DNA of 64,000 nt from an uncultured Ignavibacteria bacterium (GTDB lineage Bacteria > Bacteroidota > Ignavibacteria > Kapaibacteriales > UBA2268). The notes under the pieces are model-generated. The model saw only the letters and a program-made list of their open reading frames with translations, had not been told where the DNA came from and made no database searches. This document shows, one piece after another, positions 1 to 9,277 of the stretch. The translations under genes and the position numbers were made by a program. Positions within the stretch are counted from its first letter, which is position 1. Each line of letters opens with the position of its first letter. Location of the stretch: the NCBI GenBank assembly GCA_937127445.1, contig CAKZLY010000030.1:10023-74022 (forward strand). The letters run 5' to 3'.

Positions 1-53
1 GCAACCATTCGACCCAAAAGAATTTGTTGATGCATTATTTGAGGACAGAGATA

Positions 54-800
54 CTAACGAAGAAAATACACAAGAGTAGAAGCAGTTTGAATGGTTAAAT
101 ATGCTGAAAGAGCAAGGATTAAGGAAAATACAATATAAAGAATAATTCGAAGGATTAGTTTTCCTTTTGTTGAAATTAAGTGAAATAGTATTCCAAGAGT
201 AGCAGTTAGAGACAAAATAAAGAGCAAGATTTCTTTTTTGATGTCAACTTTAACCTTTTCGAATTTTGTTTTATGCCAAAATTCGTGTGAATATATTTTT
301 ATTGGAATAGATGGGACAGCGAATGCGTAACCTATAAAGGGATCCGATTTATAGCTAAATCCCAATAATTTGACAACACCGATAATATCGTAATCTTTTA
401 ACCCACTTCGAGTATTGATTTGGTATGCATCATTTTTTTTTACAGAAAATATTGGCATTTTATTCAAACTAATAGGTGATTTATCATAGACTGGTTCCCA
501 AATATCTGATTTGAATTTTCTGCCGATGAGTAGGAATTTTTGTTCGGTATTTTCTGTATTTTCAATTATTATTTGTTGAATATTATCAGGTGGATTAATA
601 TAGTTTTCGACATAAGGGAAAACAAACGGAATAATAACGTAGAAATAAGCTGCCCAAAAAGGGACAAGTATTGAAATTTTTAACGTCCATAAAAATGCAG
701 ATGAAACAATCCATTCTTTACGAAAAATTTTTCGCAACCACAAAAAAACATAAAATACTAAAGCAACAGAGAATATGTAAAAATAGTTTTCCAGATACAT
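54..800 (-). CDS. hypothetical polytopic membrane protein encoded 8 nt downstream of the sensor kinase
   Basis: 248-aa ORF with several hydrophobic segments at both ends and a hydrophilic middle. Its start overlaps the kinase stop (809). No recognisable catalytic motif. Confidence 0.5.
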   Translation of the reverse strand: MYLENYFYIFSVALVFYVFLWLRKIFRKEWIVSSAFLWTLKISILVPFWAAYFYVIIPFVFPYVENYINPPDNIQQIIIENTENTEQKFLLIGRKFKSDIWEPVYDKSPISLNKMPIFSVKKNDAYQINTRSGLKDYDIIGVVKLLGFSYKSDPFIGYAFAVPSIPIKIYSHEFWHKTKFEKVKVDIKKEILLFILSLTATLGILFHLISTKGKLILRIILYIVFSLILALSAYLTIQTASTLVYFLR

Positions 801-808
801 ATAACTAA

Positions 809-2047
809 CTAATTATTTAATGGAATTTCAATAGCAAAAGTTGTGCCTTTTCCTAATTGAGTTTCTTTGACAAAAATTTTACCGTTGTGATAATCTTCGA
901 TAATACGCTTTGCAAGGCTGAGACCAAGCCCCCAACCACGTTTTTTTGTCGTAAAGCCGGGATAGAATAAATTACGGCGAACTTTGCTTGTGAGCCCTTT
1001 ACCATTATCTTCGATGTAAATAAGTGCGTATTTGTGAGAAACTTTTGTAGTGCGAATAATAATTTTACCTTCTTTGTGTTCGATTGCTTCGGCAGCATTT
1101 TTAAGCAAGTTTTCAAAAACCCAGGCAAGCAAATCCTGGTTAGCTTCGACTGTAATATTTTCGCTGAATTCCCGGACAATCTCGACTTTGCGTCCAAGGT
1201 GGGGCAAGCGTTTTTCGAAATATCTACATACTTCATCAATCAGTGTATTTAGCTCAATATGTTCTTTTTCTGGCATAGAACCAATTTTTGAGAAGCGAGT
1301 TGTGATAATTTGCAAGCGATTAATATCGTTACTCATCTCATTAACTGTATCTTCGACTGCTTTGGGGTCGTCTTTGGAATATCGCAAAATTTCGAGCCAG
1401 GCTAATAAACTCGACAATGGTGTTCCGAGCTGGTGAGCAGCTTCGCGAGCCATACCAACCCAGACTTTGGATTGTTCGTTTTTTCGCACACTGCTGAAAG
1501 CAACATATCCGATAGCTACAAAAGCTGAAATAATAATTAAAGAGACAAATGGGAAAAGGCGTAATCTGTCAATTAATTCAGAATGAGTATAATAAATTTT
1601 TTGGACAACGACACCGTTTTCGTCCTCAATAATTATCGGTTCATAATTTTCTTTCATTTTTTGAATATAACGTTTGAGAAAGGCTCGCTGTTCTTCGATA
1701 GTCATCATTTTACTGAGATTAATATTGAGGGTGTAAGAGGCAAAATCTTCGAGTGGTTCATCGTTTGCGTCTGTCATAATAACGGGAAAAGTAATAGTTG
1801 GTGTAATTTCGTCCAAAAAGAAAATAAGATACTCTAAATTTTTTTTGGGGTCCGAATAATGTTTGTATGTATTGGAATATAATCTTATAATTCGCTGTTC
1901 GTGTTGAATTAGTTCATTGACAAGTACTTGAGTAAAGATGACAACAGCGATAACAATAGAGAATGCAATAAGGGTGAGCAAAGTTTTAAGTTGCCATTTT
2001 CCGTCAGTGCTGAAAAGTGATTTTAATAAATTGATACCATTGAGCAT
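809..2047 (-). CDS. membrane-anchored sensor histidine kinase (HisKA + HATPase_c)
   Basis: N-terminal TM (LTLIAFSIVIAVVIF), second TM about residue 170, H-box AAHQLGTPLSSLLAWLEIL, G-box GKGLT...GWGLGLSLAKRII. No receiver domain and no response regulator adjacent. Confidence 0.85.
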   Translation of the reverse strand: MLNGINLLKSLFSTDGKWQLKTLLTLIAFSIVIAVVIFTQVLVNELIQHEQRIIRLYSNTYKHYSDPKKNLEYLIFFLDEITPTITFPVIMTDANDEPLEDFASYTLNINLSKMMTIEEQRAFLKRYIQKMKENYEPIIIEDENGVVVQKIYYTHSELIDRLRLFPFVSLIIISAFVAIGYVAFSSVRKNEQSKVWVGMAREAAHQLGTPLSSLLAWLEILRYSKDDPKAVEDTVNEMSNDINRLQIITTRFSKIGSMPEKEHIELNTLIDEVCRYFEKRLPHLGRKVEIVREFSENITVEANQDLLAWVFENLLKNAAEAIEHKEGKIIIRTTKVSHKYALIYIEDNGKGLTSKVRRNLFYPGFTTKKRGWGLGLSLAKRIIEDYHNGKIFVKETQLGKGTTFAIEIPLNN

Positions 2048-2266
2048 ATTATAGAATTATGAATTTTTTTAAATAATATAAGATAATTTAATAAGAAAAA
2101 TGTAAAAAAATTAACTTTTTTGGTTCAATTTTGGGACAAACAACCAATTGATTAATTATAATTAATTGTATTGCAAAAACTTATGTAAATTTTTATTTAA
2201 ATATTGATTAATTAATTTTATATTTGTGAAGAAAATAATGTTGTGAAATTTTTAAGGAAAAATAGT

Positions 2267-3811
2267 ATGTCATTTCTGGATAGGGTACGAGATTTTTTCC
2301 AAAGAAAGAAAACAGTTGAAATCGGCGGTGGCGAGCAAGCAATTGAAAAACAGAAAAAGATGGGGAAGCTCACTGCACGCGAACGCATTCAGTATTTGCT
2401 TGATCCAGGGACGTTCCACGAATATGATATGTTTGTCGAGCATAAAGCAGAAGACTTCGGAATGGACAAGAAGTTTCTGCCGGGCGATGGTGTGATAACT
2501 GGTACAGGAAATATTCTGGGGCATCCCGTTTGTATTTATGCACAAGATTTCACTGTTGCAGGTGGTTCTTTGGGACTGGCTCACGCAAAGAAAATCACAA
2601 AGATGATGGATCACGCAATGAGAATGGGTATGCCACTTATTGGGATAAATGATTCTGGTGGCGCTCGTATCCAGGAAGGTGTTAATTCATTAGCAGGCTA
2701 TGGAGAAATATTTTTCCGTAATACACGAGCTTCGGGAGTTATTCCACAAATATCGGTAATATTAGGCCCTTGTGCTGGTGGGGCAGTGTATTCGCCTGCA
2801 CTGACAGACTTTGTATTCGTAGTGGATAAAATTTCTAAGATGTTCATCACGGGACCAGAAGTAATTAAAACAGTGCTTGGTGAAGAAATTTCGATGGAAG
2901 AGCTTGGTGGCGCCCGTGTTCATGCGGAAATTTCTGGGAATGCACATTTCTATGCAGAAAGCGAGCAAGAATGTTTTGAGCAGATAAAACGCCTTGTTAC
3001 TTTTATTCCGTGGAACAATCGCAAGAAAGCGGACAAATTCCAACCTAAACCGCCAATTTTTGACAAGCCAATTGCAGAAATATTGCCCAAAGAGCCAAAT
3101 GAACCTTATGACATTCGCGACGTGATTAAGGCACTGGTTGATAATTCTGATTTTCTTGAAGTTCAAGAACATTGGGCAAAAAATATAGTGATTGGATTTG
3201 CAAGAATCAATGGAGAAACAGTTGGAATAGTTGGTAATCAGCCTCTGGTACTTGCTGGAGTGCTTGATGTAGATTCGTCGGATAAAGCAGCACGTTTTAT
3301 TCGATTTTGCGATGCATTTAATATTCCTTTGCTAACACTTGTTGATTTGCCTGGATATTTGCCAGGTGTTGACCAGGAACACGCAGGTGTAATTCGTCAT
3401 GGGGCAAAAGTGCTTTATGCATATAGCGAGGCAACAGTATTGAAAACGACTGTGATATTACGCAAAGCTTACGGTGGTGGATATATTGCAATGTGTAGCC
3501 GCCATTTAGGAGCTGATTTTGTGTTTGCCTGGCCTACTGCAGAAATTGCTGTAATGGGTCCGGAGGGTGCTGCAAATATTATTTTCAAAAATGAAATTGC
3601 TAATGCACCAAATCCAGAAGAGATGCGTAAACAAAAGGTTACAGAATATATCGAAAAATTCGCTAATCCATATAAAGCAGCTGCAAATGGATATATCGAT
3701 GCAGTAATCACACCGGAAGAAACACGCGATTTCATCATCCACGCTTTGTGGGTTTCGCAAAACAAAGAAGATGTTCCGCCAAAGAAAAAACACGGTGTTC
3801 CACCATTCTAA
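2267..3811 (+). CDS. acyl-CoA carboxyltransferase (methylmalonyl-CoA decarboxylase alpha / propionyl-CoA carboxylase beta family)
   Basis: About 515 aa with both carboxyltransferase halves (GGARIQEG...; GGAYIAMCS...). ATG at 2267 is preceded by AAGGAAAAA. The ORF track starts at an in-frame GTG at 2243, which is an alternative start. Confidence 0.85.
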   Translation: MSFLDRVRDFFQRKKTVEIGGGEQAIEKQKKMGKLTARERIQYLLDPGTFHEYDMFVEHKAEDFGMDKKFLPGDGVITGTGNILGHPVCIYAQDFTVAGGSLGLAHAKKITKMMDHAMRMGMPLIGINDSGGARIQEGVNSLAGYGEIFFRNTRASGVIPQISVILGPCAGGAVYSPALTDFVFVVDKISKMFITGPEVIKTVLGEEISMEELGGARVHAEISGNAHFYAESEQECFEQIKRLVTFIPWNNRKKADKFQPKPPIFDKPIAEILPKEPNEPYDIRDVIKALVDNSDFLEVQEHWAKNIVIGFARINGETVGIVGNQPLVLAGVLDVDSSDKAARFIRFCDAFNIPLLTLVDLPGYLPGVDQEHAGVIRHGAKVLYAYSEATVLKTTVILRKAYGGGYIAMCSRHLGADFVFAWPTAEIAVMGPEGAANIIFKNEIANAPNPEEMRKQKVTEYIEKFANPYKAAANGYIDAVITPEETRDFIIHALWVSQNKEDVPPKKKHGVPPF

Positions 3812-3821
3812 TGGAGTAGAA

Positions 3822-4136
3822 ATGAATAACGAAAATCTTGGGAAATTAATTCTTGATGATACAGTTTACGAAACGCAACTGACAAAAAAATTTACCTTAC
3901 GGAAAAAATATGTTCCGAAAGATCCGAAAAAGATTACAGCATTTATTCCAGGTGTAATACGTGAAGTGTACGTAAAAATTGGTGATAACGTAAAAGTAGG
4001 CGATAAATTACTAGTGCTTGAAGCAATGAAAATGAGAAATACGATAACATCACCAATGAATGGGAAAATTCGCTACGTTGCTGTTTCGACGGGTAAATCC
4101 GTTGCGAAGAATGAACTGTTGGTTGAATTTGAATGA
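3822..4136 (+). CDS. biotin carboxyl carrier / biotinyl-domain protein
   Basis: EAMKM biotinylation motif (LVLEAMKMRNTITSP). ATG at 3822 is preceded by GGAG. The ORF-track start at 3771 overlaps the upstream gene and is unlikely. Confidence 0.8.
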   Translation: MNNENLGKLILDDTVYETQLTKKFTLRKKYVPKDPKKITAFIPGVIREVYVKIGDNVKVGDKLLVLEAMKMRNTITSPMNGKIRYVAVSTGKSVAKNELLVEFE

Positions 4137-4180
4137 TTTTTTTAAATTAATTTAATGTAATATTCAACATAATTCAACAT

Positions 4181-4204
4181 AGAGACGCAGAACATTGCGT
4201 CTCT
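4181..4204. terminator. bidirectional rho-independent terminator between convergent genes
   Basis: Perfect hairpin AGAGACGCA-GAACAT-TGCGTCTCT followed by ATTTAT. It sits between the stop at 4136 (+) and the stop at 4227 (-). Confidence 0.7.
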
Positions 4205-4226
4205 ATTTATGTTAAGCTTTGCATCT

Positions 4227-6392
4227 CTATAACATACCGCTTCGCTTACGAATAAACCATTCTGCTGAAAGAAGCAGAACAACAAGAATAAGCAAATAAG
4301 GTAGATTCCAGATAATTATATCGTCGCGTTTTTTTATGCTACGTTCAGTAAAAAATCTATTGCTTCGAATATCATCTACAATAGATGAAACATTATCCGG
4401 ATAATAGAATTTCCCACCACTGATTTCAGCAATTTTTTTAAGAAGTGGTTCATTCATTTTCAAGCTCAAATATTCAATAGAAATTTCACCGATGGAAAAT
4501 CTACCATCGTCTGTACCGAGAAAGTTGTTGTTGAGAGTTGCTTCAGCTGAGAAGGAATAATCACCCGACGGCAGCCCCTCGATAGTTGCGTAGTAGTTAC
4601 CTTGTCCTGTTGGGACAAGAGTTATTTCGCGGGTTTCACCTTTTCCTATTACTTTAGCTTTAAGATTTGCTTTTTCGATAGGATTATAGGAAGCATCGTA
4701 AACTTCGCCAAAAAGTTCAACTACTTCATTTTCGTTATAGAATTTGCGCGAAGTACGAACTTTGACTGGCTTGGCCTGTTCGGCAACGGAAAGCCATCGC
4801 AAGCTATTATTGACAAATATGTTCAACAAGTCTTCGGCTTGACGTCCTTTTGCAAGTTCAGAAGCATAACCAAAAAGCTTCCATCGGTGTAAACCATACC
4901 CCATCAGAGCGATAGATTTGCTATTTTGAAAATGTCGGGACATAATTAAAGGTTCATTCAAAGGAGCGTTGTTGATTTTCATTGTTGCTAAAACTTCGCT
5001 TTCAGCTTTTGGACGAACAAATGTTTCTGTGCGAAAAAGTGGTGGAAGGGAATTCCACAGTTTTAGATCGTCTTCGCTTCCGGTAATTCTTAATATTGGA
5101 GAAGAAAGAGCAGAACTTTTGAAATCAGGAACAACAAGTAATTCCTGCGGACGCGAAGAAACCACAATAAAAGGTAAATAATTTTGAAATTCTTTAAGTT
5201 TATTATAATCTGTGGTTTGCGAGGCAATGAAAAGAAGCGGTTTCCCGCGTTCTAATTCAAGTTTTATCATATCGATAACATTTTTCGGGGTTGATTGAAT
5301 AGGGAAGCCGACAAAAACAATAAGTTCGCTAGATTGCAGAACTTTCGAGTTAGGTGCTTCGTAGAATTCGGCACCTTTTTTCTGGATAAATTCTTTAATT
5401 TCAACACCTTTTTCGAGTAAGATTGATTGTTTAATCATCGATAAATCTGGGGAAGGAGAGCCTGCAAAAATTGCGAAATTTCGCTTGTTTTCCAAAACAC
5501 GGATAAATTCAGAAATTGAGTTGTTTTTGCGGGTAATTTCATTATCTATCGGGTCAATTTGCGCAGTTATTTTGTGGTTACCTGGTTTAGTAGGAATATA
5601 TTCGAAATTATGAAAATAGCGTTCTCTGCCTTGTTCGATTAAAATATCTTGTTCAGCAATTTTTTCTTCATTAAAGAATAATTTTAATTTCACAGTTTTA
5701 TTTGAAAAGCCATTTGCTTTGAAATTAACCATAATTTGAATTTTATTATCGACGTAAGCAATTTCGTTAGTAACAACTGATAAAACTGCAATATCTATGG
5801 GTTCGGTTGTATCGCCAATGCCGACAACGTAAAATGGAGTAGTGAAGCGTTCTGCATCGAAAATAGGATTTGCACCAGCGTTATATGCACCATCAGTGAA
5901 AAGCACAATGGCACGGATATTGTCTTCGTCGCGGTATCTATCCAACCTGCGAATTGCTTTTGAAATGTCAGTTGCTCTGCCATCAAACGATAAACTATCA
6001 ATATTGAATTTATCTAATTGTTTGACATCACTATCGAAGAGAAAAGTGATATTGTCCAGATTATCAATATTAGAATTAATCAGGGCATTTTTAAAAGTTT
6101 CAGATCTATTGCCTTTTGCATCAGTGGTACCGGTAGAGATAGAATTATCGAGAAGAATTGCTATTTGGGGTTTTTCGATAAATGCACGAGTGATTGAATA
6201 TATTGGTTCAAAAATAGCAAAAATCAAAATTGCAAGAGCAAATCCACGAAGAGCAATAAGCAGATATCGCTTTTTTTCTGAAATTGGAGGGATAGTAGTT
6301 TTATATGCCCAAAAAGATAATGCAAATCCAGCTATTACAAATAATATCAACAGCCACCAGTAACCAGAAATAATCAAATTGTATGAATTCAT
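4227..6392 (-). CDS. large membrane protein with N-terminal vWA-like domain (DxSxS MIDAS-like motif) and C-terminal TM anchor
   Basis: Likely start is MNSYN (ATG complement at 6390-6392), giving 721 aa. Two N-terminal TM helices, AILLDNSISTG...LFTDGAYNAG vWA-like signature, long extracytoplasmic region, C-terminal TM (LLILVVLLLSAEWFIRKR). Confidence 0.6.
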   Translation of the reverse strand: MNSYNLIISGYWWLLILFVIAGFALSFWAYKTTIPPISEKKRYLLIALRGFALAILIFAIFEPIYSITRAFIEKPQIAILLDNSISTGTTDAKGNRSETFKNALINSNIDNLDNITFLFDSDVKQLDKFNIDSLSFDGRATDISKAIRRLDRYRDEDNIRAIVLFTDGAYNAGANPIFDAERFTTPFYVVGIGDTTEPIDIAVLSVVTNEIAYVDNKIQIMVNFKANGFSNKTVKLKLFFNEEKIAEQDILIEQGRERYFHNFEYIPTKPGNHKITAQIDPIDNEITRKNNSISEFIRVLENKRNFAIFAGSPSPDLSMIKQSILLEKGVEIKEFIQKKGAEFYEAPNSKVLQSSELIVFVGFPIQSTPKNVIDMIKLELERGKPLLFIASQTTDYNKLKEFQNYLPFIVVSSRPQELLVVPDFKSSALSSPILRITGSEDDLKLWNSLPPLFRTETFVRPKAESEVLATMKINNAPLNEPLIMSRHFQNSKSIALMGYGLHRWKLFGYASELAKGRQAEDLLNIFVNNSLRWLSVAEQAKPVKVRTSRKFYNENEVVELFGEVYDASYNPIEKANLKAKVIGKGETREITLVPTGQGNYYATIEGLPSGDYSFSAEATLNNNFLGTDDGRFSIGEISIEYLSLKMNEPLLKKIAEISGGKFYYPDNVSSIVDDIRSNRFFTERSIKKRDDIIIWNLPYLLILVVLLLSAEWFIRKRSGML

Positions 6393-6616
6393 AACGTGTA
6401 TTTTTTTTATCAAAAACAAATATGAAAATATAGTAACGAAACAACAACGAAAATATGAAAAATAAATTAGTAAATCATCAGAAGAAAAATCAAAAAGTTG
6501 CAATTAGAATTCATCAAATGTTCATAATTCGTTTATATTTTTTTTTGTTAAATCTTGTTTTTTTCTTTATATTAGGTAGATGCTTAAATGATTTTGTTTA
6601 ATACAAAGGACTTATA

Positions 6617-8263
6617 ATGAAATCAAGATTAGTTTTATTACTGCTAATTTTTGCTATTACATTTGAAGCATATCCTTGCACAAACTTTCTGGTAACAAAA
6701 GGAGCTTCGGCAGACGGTTCGACAATGATTTCCTATTCAGCAGATGCAGGTGGATTTATGGAACCACTTTACTATGCACCAGCTGCGAAGCACCCCGAAG
6801 GATCGTGGCTTGATATCTACGAGTGGGATAGCGGCAAACATCTTGGGAAAATAAAGCAAGTTCCTGAAACATATAAAGTAATTGGGAATATGAATGAATA
6901 TCAGGTAGTGATTGGAGAAACAACATTTGGAGGACGAGAAGAGCTGAAAGATACGGCTGCAATATTGGATTATGGTTCGCTTATGTATATAGCATTGCAA
7001 AGAGCAAAAACAGCGAGAGAAGCAATAAGAGTTATGACTGAACTTGTCGCTGAATATGGGTATTATAGCTCGGGTGAATCTTTTTCTGTTGGCGATCCCG
7101 AAGAAGTATGGATTCTGGAGATGATAAGCAAAGGTCCGTATGAAAAAGGTGCTGTGTGGGTAGCAGTTCGTATTCCCGATGGATATGTAGCAGCGCACGC
7201 TAATCAAGCACGAATCCGACAATTCCCAATGAACGATCCCGAAAATTGTATGTTTGCACCGGATGTGGTTTCTTTCGCTATTGCTCGGGGATACTACAAT
7301 CCTAAACAAGGGCCATTTAGTTTTGCTGATGCTTATTGTCCACTTGACCCAAGTAGCTTGTTATTTTGCGAGGGACGAGTATGGAGTCTATTCAGACGTG
7401 CAGCACCATCGCTGAATTTATCGAGCGATTATTGGCGTGCATATGAAGGTGAAAAACCTTATCCCTTATACATAAAGCCTGATAAGAAGCTTACTCCGCA
7501 AGACGTAATGAGCTTAATGAGGGACCATTTCAACGATACAGAATTTGATATGACAAAAGGTTTAGCAGCAGAACCATTTGGAAATCCATATAGATGGAAG
7601 CCACTTGTATTTAAAATTACCGGCGACACAACAACTTATGCCTGGGAACGACCAATTTCAACTCAGCAGACTGCATTTTCTTTTGTTTCTCAAAGTAGAA
7701 GTTTCTTGCCAAGGGAAATTGCAGGAGTATTTTGGTATGGAGTAGATGATACTTATTCAACCGTGTATGTGCCACTTTATGTAGGTTCAATGAATGACAT
7801 CCCGAAATGTTTCAAAGGGGGTAGTATTAAAGAACTCGACTTGAATTCTGCTTTTTGGATTTTTAATCTTGTTGCAAACCTTGCATATACGAAATATTCA
7901 TATATCATCAAAGACATTCAAGTAGTGCAAAAGCGTCTTGAAAGCAAGTATGAAATGTTTCAGCCAATAATCGAGAAGGCAGCAATTGATTTGTATCAAA
8001 AAGATAGATCTTCTGCGATGCAATTTTTGAGCGATTATTCACTGAACGAATCTCAAAAAATGTTCGATGAATGGTTTGCTCTCTGGAAGCAGTTGGTTGC
8101 TAAATATAATGACGGATATATTAATGATGTAAATGTTGATAACGGGCGTCATCCAAAAGGTGTCGGGTATGGCGATGAATTTTTCAAACGGGTTGTAAAA
8201 GAACGCCCAGGCTATTATGAAGTTAAAATGAAAAAGAAAAAAGACAAGAAAAAAGGGAAATAA
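6617..8263 (+). CDS. secreted C69-family dipeptidase
   Basis: Signal peptide then nucleophile Cys directly after cleavage (AYPCTNFLVTKGASADGSTMISYSADAG), typical of peptidase C69. AAAGGA lies before the ATG. C-terminal poly-Lys tail KMKKKKDKKKGK. Confidence 0.8.
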   Translation: MKSRLVLLLLIFAITFEAYPCTNFLVTKGASADGSTMISYSADAGGFMEPLYYAPAAKHPEGSWLDIYEWDSGKHLGKIKQVPETYKVIGNMNEYQVVIGETTFGGREELKDTAAILDYGSLMYIALQRAKTAREAIRVMTELVAEYGYYSSGESFSVGDPEEVWILEMISKGPYEKGAVWVAVRIPDGYVAAHANQARIRQFPMNDPENCMFAPDVVSFAIARGYYNPKQGPFSFADAYCPLDPSSLLFCEGRVWSLFRRAAPSLNLSSDYWRAYEGEKPYPLYIKPDKKLTPQDVMSLMRDHFNDTEFDMTKGLAAEPFGNPYRWKPLVFKITGDTTTYAWERPISTQQTAFSFVSQSRSFLPREIAGVFWYGVDDTYSTVYVPLYVGSMNDIPKCFKGGSIKELDLNSAFWIFNLVANLAYTKYSYIIKDIQVVQKRLESKYEMFQPIIEKAAIDLYQKDRSSAMQFLSDYSLNESQKMFDEWFALWKQLVAKYNDGYINDVNVDNGRHPKGVGYGDEFFKRVVKERPGYYEVKMKKKKDKKKGK

Positions 8264-8273
8264 TTATTAGAAA

Positions 8274-8302
8274 AGGGCGTATTGAAAAATACGCCTTTTT
8301 TT
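8274..8302 (+). terminator. rho-independent terminator of the dipeptidase gene
   Basis: GGGCGTAT-TGAAAA-ATACGCC hairpin followed by a TTTTTTT run. Confidence 0.75.
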
Positions 8303-8430
8303 CTATTAATGATTAAGTGTATTTTTCATTAAAAAAGCATTGGAGAAAAGCACTCAAAAAAAAATAACAATAATTTTTGTCAATAAAATCGATGAAATAA
8401 TAATATCTTTTAGACAAATAACAAGAAGCA

Positions 8431-8465
8431 ACAAAAAAGAGGCTGCCCAAAGTAGCCAGCCTCTT
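8431..8465 (-). terminator. rho-independent terminator of the LolA-like gene
   Basis: GAGGCTG..CAGCCTC hairpin. On the minus strand it is followed by a U-run (plus-strand AAAAAAG at 8432-8438). Confidence 0.65.
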
Positions 8466-8491
8466 CCCTATTTAAGTTCTATAATTATCAA

Positions 8492-9208
8492 TTAAGGTTT
8501 CTCGAAAACTTTGTCCTCTAATACACCACCAATTTCATATTCATCAAAATTAAATACCATTACTGTATTACCGTTAATTTTCAACTCAATTACAGAGGGA
8601 ACGATTGCACCACTGACTTTTGTTTTTTCTTCGAAAACATATTCAATGGCATTAGTTTCATCGTCTTTTTTAACTTCGGTAGCTAATTTATAGAACCAAT
8701 TTGTAATCTCATCAATGTAGATAGTGGAAATATCATTATCTTTGTCCTTCATTTCTACAGTAATGTAATTTTTATCATCAATTGTTTCTTTGCCAAGATA
8801 TTTGAATGAATATCCTTCTTCACCGTATTTAGTTATAGGTGAATTAAGGAAATCAAAAATTTGTAAAATTTGATCTTTTGCGGCATCAGGCAAGTTTCGC
8901 TTCTCTTTGGAGCCAGTGAGAGGATTGACCATCCAGGCTTTTTTGCCATCGTAAGCCTGAATAATAGTATTGCCCATATATTCGATTTCAATTCTGACTT
9001 TGTCGGGTCTTTTGATTTTGTAAACGATAGGAATTTGTTCGCCTTGTTCAGCAATGAACTGACTGCCGTGTATGACAAAAGTTTCAATTTTATCTAATGC
9101 TTCTTTATTCATTGCTTTGATTGCATTTTTCATTATTTCATCGATATTTTGAGAATAAAGCAAATTTGCGGAAGCAAACAAAAAGAATAAAAGCAAATAT
9201 TTTTTCAT
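8492..9208 (-). CDS. secreted LolA-like / outer-membrane lipoprotein-sorting family protein
   Basis: Signal peptide MKKYLLLFFLFASANLLYSQ. About 215-aa mature protein with the beta-rich pattern typical of the LolA/LolB fold family. The assignment rests on overall pattern only. Confidence 0.45.
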   Translation of the reverse strand: MKKYLLLFFLFASANLLYSQNIDEIMKNAIKAMNKEALDKIETFVIHGSQFIAEQGEQIPIVYKIKRPDKVRIEIEYMGNTIIQAYDGKKAWMVNPLTGSKEKRNLPDAAKDQILQIFDFLNSPITKYGEEGYSFKYLGKETIDDKNYITVEMKDKDNDISTIYIDEITNWFYKLATEVKKDDETNAIEYVFEEKTKVSGAIVPSVIELKINGNTVMVFNFDEYEIGGVLEDKVFEKP

Positions 9209-9277
9209 AACTACCTCTAATTATTGATTTTTAAAAATAAGTAAAAAATAAAATATAATAAAGCAATATTATTATTT

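Noticed and set aside
853-1436. ORFs 853-1239(-), 1034-1252(+), 1050-1436(+), 1583-1837(+) inside or antisense to the histidine kinase gene
   Set aside because: These are shadow ORFs within a well-supported longer CDS. They have low-complexity composition and no motifs.
2270-3793. Antisense ORFs within the carboxyltransferase gene (2270-2614, 2762-3172, 3469-3765, 3506-3793)
   Set aside because: Shadow ORFs. The plus-strand CDS has strong family motifs.
3771-3821. N-terminal extension of the biotin carrier ORF overlapping the upstream gene
   Set aside because: An in-frame ATG at 3822 with a GGAG RBS gives a typical about 104-aa biotinyl-domain protein. The extension has no support.
6393-6503. 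37-aa N-terminal extension of the vWA membrane protein ORF
   Set aside because: The extension is Phe/Tyr-rich low-complexity sequence. An internal Met followed by TM helices is the more plausible start.
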